Numbered from the stretch's first letter, positions 50,602 to 60,620 are shown. The stretch: DNA of 64,000 nt from an uncultured Candidatus Binatia bacterium (GCA_965214605.1 OZ243961.1:384001-448000); one strand, 5' to 3'. Notes: generated by a model not told the origin, from the sequence alone. Numbers and translations are program-made.

Positions 50602-51500
50602 AATTGGGATTCGTTGGGCTGGGCAATATGGGCAACAGTATGGCTATGAACTTGATCAAAGCCGGCCATAGTCTGCAGGTCACCGACCTACGACGTGCGG
50701 CCGGAGCCAACCTTGAGGAGGCGGGAGCGGTGTGGGTCGACAGCGCCGAGCAAGCTGCTGGCGGAGCCAATTTTACCTTTCTATCGTTACCCATGCCAAA
50801 AGATGTGGAACACGTCGTGCTGGGCGACAACGGCGTGCTGGCCGGCTGTCAGAGCGGACATACGATTGTTGACATGAGTACCAATGCCCCGACAGTGGTC
50901 AAGAGCTTAGCCGAACAGACCCAGGCGAAGGGCGTAGACTTTCTCGATGCCCCGGTCAGCGGTGGCGTGCGTGGTGCACGCAACGCCAGCCTAGCTATTA
51001 TGGTCGGCGGTGAGAAGGCGGTGTACGAGCGCTGCGAACCGCTGCTCAAAGCGATGGGCGAGCATGTCTTTCATGTTGGCGATAGTGGAGCCGGCAATGT
51101 GGCCAAGCTGGTCAATAATATGCTAGCCTTTATCCATATGATGGGTGCGGCCGAAGCCTTAGTGTTAGGCACCAAAGCCGGGGTTGATCCGAATGTGCTG
51201 TGGTCGATTGTCAAAGCCAGCAGCGGGGGTAGTTTCATCTGGAACTCGGGCACCCGTGCAATCCTGCGTGACCGACTGGCACCGACGTTCACCATCGACC
51301 TGGCCCGCAAGGATATCGGTTTAGCAACCGGTTTAGGCGATGAACTCCAGGTACCGCTCAAAATGGCCAAAATGGCCGAGGAGCTGATAGCCGGCTATCA
51401 GCAGAACGGCTATGCCCAGGAAGATGTGCTCGCCACCATTAAGGAATTAGAGAAAGTCACCGGCACCACGGTACGTGGGAGGTGGCGTGATCCGGTCTGA
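50598..51500 (+). CDS. Beta-hydroxyacid dehydrogenase family (MmsB/GarR-like)
   Basis: GLGNMG, DAPVSGG, KLVNN. Confidence 0.9.
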   Translation: MKLGFVGLGNMGNSMAMNLIKAGHSLQVTDLRRAAGANLEEAGAVWVDSAEQAAGGANFTFLSLPMPKDVEHVVLGDNGVLAGCQSGHTIVDMSTNAPTVVKSLAEQTQAKGVDFLDAPVSGGVRGARNASLAIMVGGEKAVYERCEPLLKAMGEHVFHVGDSGAGNVAKLVNNMLAFIHMMGAAEALVLGTKAGVDPNVLWSIVKASSGGSFIWNSGTRAILRDRLAPTFTIDLARKDIGLATGLGDELQVPLKMAKMAEELIAGYQQNGYAQEDVLATIKELEKVTGTTVRGRWRDPV

Positions 51501-51542
51501 AACCCGAGATTCGTCCGATACGCACCAGAGAACAGAGAGGAT

Positions 51543-52964
51543 GTGGCCATGCAAGATACGACTAGCAATTTCCACTCTCCCCCCTCATCCCTAGCGAGTC
51601 AGCAAGCCTCAAACGGCAGACCTCGCTTTCGCGTCTATACCGAATCAAGCCTCGACCAAATTCCGCACTTGGCCCGGCTGTCTGCGACCGAGCGCTTTGA
51701 TATGCAGGTAGTCGCCAACGTATTACCCTTTCGGGTCAACCCCTACGTGCTTGATCAGTTGATCGACTGGGACAATATCCCGGCCGACCCAATTTTCCAG
51801 CTGACCTTTCCCCAGACCGGCATGCTGGACCCCAAAGATTTTGAGCGAATGGCGGACCTGATGAAACGCAACGCCGACCGCAAGCTGCTCAAAGCTACGG
51901 CGGACAAAATTCGCCTAGGCCTGAACCCCCATCCGGCCGGGCAACAAGCCCTCAACGTCCCCACGCTTGACGGCCAGCCGGTGTCCGGTATGCAGCATAA
52001 ATACCGCGAGACCGTCCTGTTTTTCCCCACCCAGGGCCAGACCTGCCACGCCTACTGTACCTTCTGTTTTCGGTGGGCCCAGTTTGTCGGCATCCAGGAC
52101 CTGAAGTTTGCCTCGACCGACGCCGCCCAACTCCACGCCTATCTCGCCGCCCATCCCCAGGTGAGCGATATTTTATTCACCGGTGGCGATCCGCTTGTCA
52201 TGAAGACGCACCATTTGGCCACCTATCTGCTGCCCCTACTGCAAGACGAGTATAGCCATGTGCAGACGATCCGCATCGGCAGCAAAGCCCTCAGCTATTG
52301 GCCCTACCGCTTCACCACCGACCCGGATGCAGAGGCCTTGCTAGAGCTATGCGAGCGGCTCGTCCGGGGCGGAAAACATGTGGCGCTGATGGCCCACTAT
52401 AATCACTGGCGCGAGCTCGAAACCCCGGTTGCCCAAGACGCTATTCGCCGAGTCCGTAACACCGGGGCTATCATTCGCGGTCAAGGTCCACTGATCGCTC
52501 ACATTAATGACGATGCCGAGGTCTGGACCCGCCTGTGGCGTAAGGAGGTACAGCTCGGGATCGTGCCTTATTATATGTTTGTCGAACGCGACACAGGTGC
52601 CCGACGCTATTTTGAGGTCCCGCTCGCCGAGGCATGGGATATTTACCGGCGGGCCCTAGGCCAGGTGTCGGGTTTGAGCCGGACGGCGCGCGGCCCGTCG
52701 ATGAGCGCCGGACCCGGAAAAGTCGAAATACAGGGGGTCACAGAGGTCGCTGGAGAAAAAGTCTTTGTGCTGCGTTTCATTCAGGGCCGTAATCCGGACT
52801 GGGTCCAACGGCCGTTCTTTGCCCGCTTTGATCCCCGCGCCACCTGGCTTGACCACCTCAAGCCTGCCTTTGGCGCTGAGCGTTTCTTCTTTGAAGAGGA
52901 GTACGCGTCAATGGCAGCGGGCCGTCTGCCCACAGTGACCAGGGCAGCCGCGCTGGACAGCTAA
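51543..52964 (+). CDS. KamA-family radical SAM aminomutase-like protein
   Basis: HKYRETVL, CHAYCTFCFR (CX3CX2C), FTGGDP, PYYMF, GPGKV. Confidence 0.88.
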   Translation: MAMQDTTSNFHSPPSSLASQQASNGRPRFRVYTESSLDQIPHLARLSATERFDMQVVANVLPFRVNPYVLDQLIDWDNIPADPIFQLTFPQTGMLDPKDFERMADLMKRNADRKLLKATADKIRLGLNPHPAGQQALNVPTLDGQPVSGMQHKYRETVLFFPTQGQTCHAYCTFCFRWAQFVGIQDLKFASTDAAQLHAYLAAHPQVSDILFTGGDPLVMKTHHLATYLLPLLQDEYSHVQTIRIGSKALSYWPYRFTTDPDAEALLELCERLVRGGKHVALMAHYNHWRELETPVAQDAIRRVRNTGAIIRGQGPLIAHINDDAEVWTRLWRKEVQLGIVPYYMFVERDTGARRYFEVPLAEAWDIYRRALGQVSGLSRTARGPSMSAGPGKVEIQGVTEVAGEKVFVLRFIQGRNPDWVQRPFFARFDPRATWLDHLKPAFGAERFFFEEEYASMAAGRLPTVTRAAALDS

Positions 52965-52980
52965 ACCCGGTTGCCAGCCT

Positions 52981-53568
52981 ATGCCGGCCGATTTTTCGGC
53001 TCCCCCACCGACCTGGGTACAGATTTTTGGTAATAGTAATCCGGTTGAAGTCGAGATCGGCCCGGGTCACGGCTCGTTTTTAACGGCCCTGGCCCGCAAT
53101 CATCCAGAACGAAATTTCTTTGGCGTAGAGTTTGCCGCCCGGCGCGCGTTTCGCGCCGCGCGCCTGCTGAAGCAAGACGGACCACCGAACGTCATTATTG
53201 TCCGAGCCGACTTTGGTTGTCTGCTCAGAACCCATATTCATCCCGAGTCGGTTCAAGTTTATCATTTCTATTTTCCAGATCCGTGGTGGAAAAAACGCCA
53301 CCGCCGACGCCGGATTGCCCAGGCAGACTTTCCCACGGCCCTGACCCACACTCTGGTGCCTGGCGGGACGGTGCTGTTTGCTTCAGACGTGCGGCCGTAT
53401 TTTGAACAGATTGTCGAGCAGTTCCAGCGGGTGCCCGAACTCGGCCGGTTTGCTTGGCAGCGTGATCAGCTCACACACAGAGGGAAACTGATTGCGACCG
53501 ACTTTGAACGCAAGTATCAACGCCAGGGGCGGCCGATCTATTACGCCGGTTTTCGGAAGAAGCGATAG
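52981..53568 (+). CDS. trmB: tRNA (guanine-N7)-methyltransferase
   Basis: EIGPGHG, FPDPWWKKRHRRRR, TDFERKY. Confidence 0.92.
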   Translation: MPADFSAPPPTWVQIFGNSNPVEVEIGPGHGSFLTALARNHPERNFFGVEFAARRAFRAARLLKQDGPPNVIIVRADFGCLLRTHIHPESVQVYHFYFPDPWWKKRHRRRRIAQADFPTALTHTLVPGGTVLFASDVRPYFEQIVEQFQRVPELGRFAWQRDQLTHRGKLIATDFERKYQRQGRPIYYAGFRKKR

Positions 53569-53582
53569 ACACAGCGGCGTTC

Positions 53583-55430
53583 TTATCCCACCACGCTCTT
53601 GACCTGCTCCACAATTCGTCCAGCACTGATCCCAAATGCGTCTAACAGCTCGGCAGGCTTGCCCGAGCGTGGGACCTGGGTGACCGCCATTTTGTGGACC
53701 TGGATACCGTGGGTTGCTACCGCGTTCAACACCGCATCCCCCAGCCCACCGTCGTAGTAGTGGTCTTCAACCACAATCAGGCTGTTGTGGGTGTCCCGAG
53801 CGGCGTTCACAATTCCTTGCGCATCGATCGGCTTGACCGAATAAGCGTCCAGGACGCGGATATTGATACCCACAGCCTGCAAGGCGTCGGCTGCCGACAG
53901 GGCTTCGTGCAGGGTGACGCCGGCCGCTACCACAGTCAGCCGATCCTGTTCACTTGAACGCATCACTTTGCTACCGCCAATCGGAAACGCTTCGCTGTTG
54001 GCATACAGCACCGGAGTCGCCGGTCGAGAGGTGCGAATATAGGTCGTCCCTTTGAGCTCAGCCGCGACCGCCACCAATCGCTCGGACGATACGGCATCGG
54101 AAGGATAGAGAACGGTTGCATTCGGAATTGCCCGCATCATTGCCAGGTCTTCCAAGCCCATCTGTGATGGTCCATCTTCGCCGATCGACACCCCACAGTG
54201 CGAACCAGCGTAGTTGATGGTAACACCCGAGATGGCGGCCATCCGAATATGGTCAAAGGCGCGGGTCAGAAAAGCGGCAAAGGTTGACACAAACGGAATG
54301 TTGCCACACACGGCTAGTCCCACCGCGGCACCGACCATATTTTGCTCAGCAATATAGCTCTCAAAGTAACGCTCCGGATGTGCCTCCAGAAAGCGCTCGG
54401 CAAAGGTTGAGTTCTTGGTATCACCGTCAAGGGCAACGACGAGAGGATTGACCCCGCCTAGCTTGGCCAGGGCTGTGCCATATGCTGCGCGGGTGGCAAC
54501 TTTTTCACCGGTCTCATAGCTCGGGGGGGGAAATTCGCCGGTCACCACAGTTGGTCTCATCGCCAAGGTTGCAGTCGGACGGCGAATCGTCGGCAGAGCG
54601 CCATTGGTAGGCACACGAATTTCTTGTAAGGCCTGATTGAGCTGCTCCCCTTTTTTGAGCGGCTTACCGTGCAAGCCGTCTTTATCTTCGAGAAACGATA
54701 CCCCCTTGCCCTTGTGGGTCTTGGCTACGAGCATCACCGGCCGGTCTGTCACATTTTGCGCTTGGGACAGCGCCGTCAGAATAGCGTCGAGGTCATGGCC
54801 ATCGACCACAAAGGTCTGCCAGCCAAAGGCGGTGAAGCGTTGTCGGTACGCGTCTACGTCAAACTCACACATAGTCCGCTGGCTCTGGCCAATACCGTTG
54901 ACATCAATAATCCCGATCAGGTTATCGAGCCCATAGTGGCTGGCCATCGCAGCCGCTTCCCATACCCCCCCTTCGGCGACCTCGCCATCACCCATCAGGA
55001 CGTATACGCGATAATCGAGCCGGTCGATGTATTTGGCACTCAGCGCCATCCCAACGCCGACCGACAGCCCCTGGCCGAGTGAACCCGTGGCGGCTCCGAC
55101 CCACGGAATACGCGGCGTTGGATGGCCCTCAAGGTCGCTCGATATTTTGCGTAAATCCATCAGCTGATCGACCGGCAGGGCACCGGCTTCGGCTAGCGAT
55201 GCGTACAGCACCGGAGCGGCGTGGCCTTTTGACAGCACGAAGCGGTCGTTGGCTGGATTGCTCGGATCTTGAGGATCAAAACGCATGGCCCGAAAGAACA
55301 CCGCAGCCATCAGTTCAGCAGCCGACAGGCACGAGGTCGGATGGCCGGATCCGGCCTCTGCGGTCGAACGGAGGGCATGAATACGCAACTTCTGGGCTAC
55401 GGCTTGGAGTGCGGCAAGATCTCGATTCAC
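53583..55430 (-). CDS. tkt: Transketolase (short, animal-like type)
   Basis: GSGHPTS, SKGHAAP, GSLGQGL, GDGE, IAEQNM, SIGEDGPSQM; GAGGAG RBS before GTG 55430. Confidence 0.93.
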   Translation of the reverse strand: MNRDLAALQAVAQKLRIHALRSTAEAGSGHPTSCLSAAELMAAVFFRAMRFDPQDPSNPANDRFVLSKGHAAPVLYASLAEAGALPVDQLMDLRKISSDLEGHPTPRIPWVGAATGSLGQGLSVGVGMALSAKYIDRLDYRVYVLMGDGEVAEGGVWEAAAMASHYGLDNLIGIIDVNGIGQSQRTMCEFDVDAYRQRFTAFGWQTFVVDGHDLDAILTALSQAQNVTDRPVMLVAKTHKGKGVSFLEDKDGLHGKPLKKGEQLNQALQEIRVPTNGALPTIRRPTATLAMRPTVVTGEFPPPSYETGEKVATRAAYGTALAKLGGVNPLVVALDGDTKNSTFAERFLEAHPERYFESYIAEQNMVGAAVGLAVCGNIPFVSTFAAFLTRAFDHIRMAAISGVTINYAGSHCGVSIGEDGPSQMGLEDLAMMRAIPNATVLYPSDAVSSERLVAVAAELKGTTYIRTSRPATPVLYANSEAFPIGGSKVMRSSEQDRLTVVAAGVTLHEALSAADALQAVGINIRVLDAYSVKPIDAQGIVNAARDTHNSLIVVEDHYYDGGLGDAVLNAVATHGIQVHKMAVTQVPRSGKPAELLDAFGISAGRIVEQVKSVVG

Positions 55431-55443
55431 GATCGGCTTCTCC

Positions 55444-55734
55444 TCAGCAGCGGTGCGAACGCTGGCCGGCGAAGAGGGCGACACCCCCTCCGCCAGCCAG
55501 CGGAGGGAAAATGCTCAGCTCCTGCCCGTCGGAGAGCGGAGTTTCCGGCTCAATATAAATGTCCCCGACGACCAGAAGTCCCGCTTGTTCACGCGGTATG
55601 TGCAAGGCTTCGACAACGTCTTGGACGACGGAGCCGGTCGGTAACGTCAAGCGAACCGACGCACTATGTCCGGCCGGGAGGTACTTTTTGAGCGCGGCAA
55701 AGAGCTTAACGGAAATGCATATCGTGTCAGCCAT
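55444..55734 (-). CDS. MoaD/ThiS family sulfur carrier with C-terminal extension
   Basis: VKLFAAL...LSDGQELSIFPPLAGG followed by 14 extra residues. Confidence 0.85.
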   Translation of the reverse strand: MADTICISVKLFAALKKYLPAGHSASVRLTLPTGSVVQDVVEALHIPREQAGLLVVGDIYIEPETPLSDGQELSIFPPLAGGGGVALFAGQRSHRC

Positions 55735-55768
55735 CCTGAAGGCCTTGCCGCTCGTCTTCCTAAGGTGC

Positions 55769-56947
55769 TCAGGCCGCGTTGGCCGTCCGCAGTCCACAGA
55801 ACTCCTCGTAGTCGATGAGTTCGGTAATCTTTGGGTTTTCACTACACACCAAGCAGTGTGGGTCCCGCCGCAGCTTTAACACCCGAATTTCAGTGCTGAG
55901 CGTATCAAAGTGAATCATACGGCCAATCAGCGGAGTGCCAGCCCCTAAAATCACCTTAATGGCCTCAAGTGCCTGGACACAGCCGACGAGGCCCGGCAAC
56001 ACGCCCAACACACCGGCTTCGGCGCAGCTGGGGGCCACACCCGGTGGCGGCGGTTCGGGGAAGAGACAGCGATAGCACGGCCCCTCCTCCGGCGAGATGA
56101 CCGTGGCTTGGCCCTCAAACTGGAAGATTGACCCGTCAACGAGTATTTTTTTAGCCATGACACACGCGTCATTGATCAGGTAACGGGTTGGGAAATTATC
56201 GCAGCCGTTGACCACTACGTCGTAATTTTCGAGAATCCGCATCACATTCTCAGACGATAGACGTTCCTGGATGGGAATGACGTTGACATCTGGATTGAGC
56301 GCTTCCAGGGTCATCTGGGCCGACTCCACCTTGGGCATGCCCACGCGGTCGTTGGTATGCAAAATCTGACGTTGGAGATTGCTCATATCGACCGTATCGT
56401 GATCGGCAATCCCGATCGTACCAACCCCAGCCGCGGCTAGATAGTAGGCCACCGGTGAGCCTAAGCCACCCGCGCCAACACACAAGACCCTGGCGTCAAG
56501 GAGTTTGGCCTGCCCCTGCTCACCCACATCGGGCAGGGTAAAGTGGCGGGCGTAACGGGTAATCTGCTCCTGGGAAAACTGGCGGTCAGCCACCCACTTG
56601 TAGCCCGCATTTTTCCAGGCGGTATAGCCGCCAGCCATGGAGCTCACGTTCTCATACCCCAACTCTTTCATCGTCCGGGCGGCGATCAACGAACGGACGC
56701 CTCCCGCGCAATAGGCGATGACCGGCTGCGTTTTGTCGGGCAGCGTCTCCTCAACCCGCATTTCCAGAAATCCACGCGGTAGCGGAATCGCCCCTTCGAG
56801 ATGCCCCTCGCGGTACTCCTCACGTTCCCGGACATCTAAAACCGTACACTGTTCCTGCTGCTCAATCCGCTCCTTGACCTCGTCAATCGTCAACTCGGGA
56901 ATGGTCTGACGAGCCTCATCCATTAATTCCTTATACGTCTTGGCCAT
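55769..56947 (-). CDS. moeB: Rhodanese-MoeB/ThiF adenylyltransferase fusion
   Basis: N-terminal rhodanese (DVRE, YCAGGVRS), then RYARH, GAGGLGS, SNLQRQ, CYRCLFP. Confidence 0.9.
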   Translation of the reverse strand: MAKTYKELMDEARQTIPELTIDEVKERIEQQEQCTVLDVREREEYREGHLEGAIPLPRGFLEMRVEETLPDKTQPVIAYCAGGVRSLIAARTMKELGYENVSSMAGGYTAWKNAGYKWVADRQFSQEQITRYARHFTLPDVGEQGQAKLLDARVLCVGAGGLGSPVAYYLAAAGVGTIGIADHDTVDMSNLQRQILHTNDRVGMPKVESAQMTLEALNPDVNVIPIQERLSSENVMRILENYDVVVNGCDNFPTRYLINDACVMAKKILVDGSIFQFEGQATVISPEEGPCYRCLFPEPPPPGVAPSCAEAGVLGVLPGLVGCVQALEAIKVILGAGTPLIGRMIHFDTLSTEIRVLKLRRDPHCLVCSENPKITELIDYEEFCGLRTANAA

Positions 56948-56980
56948 ACGTCCTCTCTTGCCTAGCTGGGCCACCTGTCC

Positions 56981-57565
56981 CTATGACCTCTGCCTGTCGG
57001 CGTCTTGGTAACTTTCCAACATCTGGACCATCAGCGAATCACGCCCGCCCTGAGCCAGCGCTCGGGAGCGTTGCATCAGGACCTCTTTGCTCTCAATAAA
57101 ATCCTGGCGGGCATAGCCCCAAATTCGGGGATGCACATAGGTATCCATACGAATCGCGTCACACGGACATGCTTCGACACACATGCCACAATAAATACAC
57201 CGCAGAGTATCGATCTCGTAGCGCACGGGAAATTTTTCGACCTGTGGATCGGGGTGTTCACCGGCCTCGATGTGGATGCAGTTGGCCGGACAGGCGGTGG
57301 CACACAAGAAGCACGAGGTACAGCGTACCGAACCGTCGTCTTTGAGGGTCAGGCGGTGGCTCCCCCGGTAGACGTCGGGATAGCGCCGGCGCTCCTCAGG
57401 ATACTGGATCGTATAGGCCGCACGTTTGTGTTTGGCCAGTCCGACCGTGTGCAGGGTATGCAGGACCAAGTTCCGCCAAAAATGAGAGGTGGTCACCAGC
57501 AAGCCCCGCATGAGTTCCGGGAGGTATAAACGCTCCCACCATGTCATGTCTTCTTTGCGTTTCAT
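56981..57565 (-). CDS. nuoI: NADH-quinone oxidoreductase subunit I-like 2x[4Fe-4S] protein, stand-alone
   Basis: TIQYPEE, RGSHRL, CTSCFLCATACP, CIYCGMCVEACPCDAI. Confidence 0.88.
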   Translation of the reverse strand: MKRKEDMTWWERLYLPELMRGLLVTTSHFWRNLVLHTLHTVGLAKHKRAAYTIQYPEERRRYPDVYRGSHRLTLKDDGSVRCTSCFLCATACPANCIHIEAGEHPDPQVEKFPVRYEIDTLRCIYCGMCVEACPCDAIRMDTYVHPRIWGYARQDFIESKEVLMQRSRALAQGGRDSLMVQMLESYQDADRQRS

Positions 57566-57633
57566 AGCACCCCCGCCTAGACTTCACTATTATGAGGTGG
57601 CCGATCTTTGTCAAGGCAGTGCGGACCAGGAGG

Positions 57634-58281
57634 TTAGTGCATCCGCGGCTTGTTGCTTGTAGGTTTACCCAGACCGGCTTCGGTCAATTTAAAATCGAGG
57701 ATATCCCGCAAACAGCGGGCCCGTTCGACCAGCCCGGTGGCTTCAATCAAGCTCTGTTTCTCAATCGGCTGGAGCCCTAGATGAAACGAGAAAAAATTCA
57801 CAAAGAGCGTGTCCTCAATCGAAGGATCGGCCAAAAATTTTTCGACATTGGCACTCTCGGGCAGATACCGCCTGAGCAAATCCCCCAGTTCCTGGCGCTG
57901 CTGCTGGCCAAGCGTGGCTTTTTCGAGCGGCCGCCACTTTACCCGTGCCTGGCGGTAGGCTTTGGTGAGGATTTCCTCCTGCACCTCATATTCACACAGC
58001 CCCTGGAGCAGGATATTGGAGCGTCCGTCCGGCTGAGAAACCATACGCACCATCTCCCCTCCACAACCGACCGCATAGATCGGCGGATTGCCCTCGTAGT
58101 CCGCCCGCCAGTCCTCCCCGCGCAGCAGCGACATCCCGATTAAGGACGGAGAGCTCTCGTTCGCGTCTCGCACCATGGCGCGGTAGCGTGGCTCAAAAAT
58201 GTGCAGCGGCAGCTGGACACCGGGGAACAGCACGACGTTGGGCAACGGAAACACTGGAATGATATCCGGCAAATCTGACAT
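57634..58281 (-). CDS. LON peptidase N-terminal substrate-binding domain protein
   Basis: PVFPLPNVVLFPG..LPLHIFEPRYRAMV, DGRSNI. Confidence 0.9.
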   Translation of the reverse strand: MSDLPDIIPVFPLPNVVLFPGVQLPLHIFEPRYRAMVRDANESSPSLIGMSLLRGEDWRADYEGNPPIYAVGCGGEMVRMVSQPDGRSNILLQGLCEYEVQEEILTKAYRQARVKWRPLEKATLGQQQRQELGDLLRRYLPESANVEKFLADPSIEDTLFVNFFSFHLGLQPIEKQSLIEATGLVERARCLRDILDFKLTEAGLGKPTSNKPRMH

Positions 58282-58283
58282 AA

Positions 58284-58973
58284 CTAGAGCCTCTTTATTT
58301 GGCCAGCTGAGCGCCTCGCCCCGTCCCCACTCGGTCGGTTTGGTCTGCCCTGTGCCCCTGACACCAGTTCATGTTGGAGTTTTTGGACAGACGCGCGTTG
58401 TTTGAGGCGATCTATCCACGCCGCGACGTTCTTCAGAGTGTCAGGAATTTCCACTCCAAGGGACGCCAACACCAACAGACGCGGGACAAACGCGGCATCG
58501 GCCAGAGAAAAGTCTTGGACTAAATACTCCTTGCCCTCCAAATGATGGTTGAGGAACTCCAATATCCGAACTAGCTCTGTCCGGTAGTGCTGAATCCGCT
58601 CTTCGTCGAGCTGATCGGTTGGCTTCGCCAGCTCAGCGGCCAGCATAGTACTCTGGGGGGTAAAGGAGTTATCGGCAAAATCTTCAAACAGACGCACCCG
58701 GGCCCGCCCGTCGGATTCGGTAGGCATGAGGGGTGGGTGCGGATATTCGTCGTCCAAATACTCGTTAATGATCGTCGAATCGTAGATCACCTCTTCTTCG
58801 TCGATCAGGACCGGGACTTTGCCGTACGGATTAAGCCGCAGAAAATCTGCGCTGCGCTGTGCGTTTTTTATCAAATCCACAAAGACCGTCTCGTACGAGA
58901 GATCCTTTTCTGCCAGAACTAGTTTGACCTTCTGACAGTTCGGGCTCTGTGGAAAATCGTACAGCTTTATCAT
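58284..58973 (-). CDS. Glutathione S-transferase family protein
   Basis: SPNCQKV, NPYGKVPVL, DSTIINEYL, FSLADAA. Confidence 0.9.
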   Translation of the reverse strand: MIKLYDFPQSPNCQKVKLVLAEKDLSYETVFVDLIKNAQRSADFLRLNPYGKVPVLIDEEEVIYDSTIINEYLDDEYPHPPLMPTESDGRARVRLFEDFADNSFTPQSTMLAAELAKPTDQLDEERIQHYRTELVRILEFLNHHLEGKEYLVQDFSLADAAFVPRLLVLASLGVEIPDTLKNVAAWIDRLKQRASVQKLQHELVSGAQGRPNRPSGDGARRSAGQIKRL

Positions 58974-59124
58974 GCCTATTCTCCTCTCTCGTAGCGTGCT
59001 AGTGTAGAAGAAAACACGGGGACTGGCAATGTAAAGAAGCGGCTTGGCAACGTTTTTTATGAACGGCATTGCCTGCATCTGCGGTCCTGACCGCAAGTGT
59101 CCCCGCTCTTCCGGTCCAACACGT

Positions 59125-59973
59125 ATGCCACGCTTCACGTCTCAGCTTGCCGGCCTCAGCGTCGGCGATACCGCTCCGGTCCGTGTGATGGGGGTTCTGA
59201 ACGTCAGTCCGGAATCCTTTTACGGAGGATCGGTGCACACTCGCCTCGACCACCTCATTCAGGCTGCCGAAAAGCAGGTAAGCGAGGGAGCAGATATCAT
59301 TGACCTTGGGGCGATGTCCACTGCCCCCTATCGGAAAACACACATTTCTGAGTCCGAAGAGACAGATCGTTTAGCTCCGGCCATTGAGGCCCTGGCCTCA
59401 CGGCTAGACGTGCCCCTGTCTGCCGACACCAAACGGGCCGCTGTCGCTCGGGCAGCCTTAACCGCCGGAGCTCTGCTTATCAATGATGTCAGCGGCCTCA
59501 AAAATGATCCGGCGATGGCCACGTGTGTTGCCGGAGCTGGAGTTGGCGTTATCGTTACGGCCAGCGAGGTTTCACCCGGTCGAGGTTCACCCCTCAGCCG
59601 GATTCGCGCGGCGCTTGACGAGAGTCTCGCTCTCGCCCAGCAGGCAGGTATTCCCACAACCCGTATTGTGCTTGATCCGGGGATTGGATTTTTTCGTCAG
59701 CCCGAAATTGCGTGGCACGAGTGGGACTGCACGGTGCTCCGAGAGCTTGACCAGCTGCGCTCCTTTGGCCTCCCGCTGCTCGTCGGTGTCTCGCGCAAGT
59801 CCTTTATTGGGACTATCACGGGCCAATCCGAGGCCGCCGGTCGTCTAGCCGGTTCTCTAGTCTGTGCCGGAATTGCCGTCTACAATGGGGCGCATATTAT
59901 TCGGACCCACGATGTCAAAGAAACTTGGCAGGCGGTCAGAATGGCGGAGCGCTTGCGCCTCACTTTTGCTTAG
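59125..59973 (+). CDS. folP: Dihydropteroate synthase
   Basis: MGVLNVSPESF, INDVSG, DPGIGF, GVSRKSF, RTHDV. Confidence 0.92.
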   Translation: MPRFTSQLAGLSVGDTAPVRVMGVLNVSPESFYGGSVHTRLDHLIQAAEKQVSEGADIIDLGAMSTAPYRKTHISESEETDRLAPAIEALASRLDVPLSADTKRAAVARAALTAGALLINDVSGLKNDPAMATCVAGAGVGVIVTASEVSPGRGSPLSRIRAALDESLALAQQAGIPTTRIVLDPGIGFFRQPEIAWHEWDCTVLRELDQLRSFGLPLLVGVSRKSFIGTITGQSEAAGRLAGSLVCAGIAVYNGAHIIRTHDVKETWQAVRMAERLRLTFA

Positions 59974-60620
59974 CCCTCAAGTATCGTTAACAAATCTTCG
60001 GCCGAGTGAACCACAAACTCGGGGGTGTATTCGGCCAGCCCCTCGGCCCCGAATCCCCACCCGACCCCACAGATCGCAATTCCAGCTGCTCGGCCCGTTT
60101 GCATATCGATCGACGAGTCCCCAATCAGCAGGGTCCGGCCCAAGGGCACCTCGGTGACTCGCTGTAAATACCACACCCCGGACGGATCGGGTTTTGTGCT
60201 CAGCAGCGTATCCCCGCCAACTAGGGCGGTAAAAAAAGGAAGGAGGCCCAGGCCGGACAGAAGTCCTCGGCTGGCTGCTTCGGGCTTATTGGTGAGCACC
60301 GACAAGACAATGTCACAGGCCTGGACAGTGGTCAAAACCCGAGGGATACCGGGATAGACAACCGACTGATCGATCAGGTGTTGGGCGTAGGAGTGCATAA
60401 AGACCGCAAAGCCGGCCGCAGCCAAATGGGCGTGCTCAGGTCCTAAGACCCGCTCAACCAACACGTGCGCCCCCTGCCCGATATGGGCGCTCACCTGGTC
60501 AACAGACTGGGGAGGCAGACCAAAAGACTTCAGCATGACATTTGCCGCTGCGGCCAAATCTGCCCGGGTATCGACTAGGGTCCCGTCAAGATCAAAAATC
60601 AGATGTTGAAACCGGGCCAT
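59970..60620 (-). CDS. HAD hydrolase, phosphoglycolate phosphatase-like
   Basis: FDLDGTLVDT, TNKP, KPDP, IGDS..D. Confidence 0.88.
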   Translation of the reverse strand: MARFQHLIFDLDGTLVDTRADLAAAANVMLKSFGLPPQSVDQVSAHIGQGAHVLVERVLGPEHAHLAAAGFAVFMHSYAQHLIDQSVVYPGIPRVLTTVQACDIVLSVLTNKPEAASRGLLSGLGLLPFFTALVGGDTLLSTKPDPSGVWYLQRVTEVPLGRTLLIGDSSIDMQTGRAAGIAICGVGWGFGAEGLAEYTPEFVVHSAEDLLTILEG

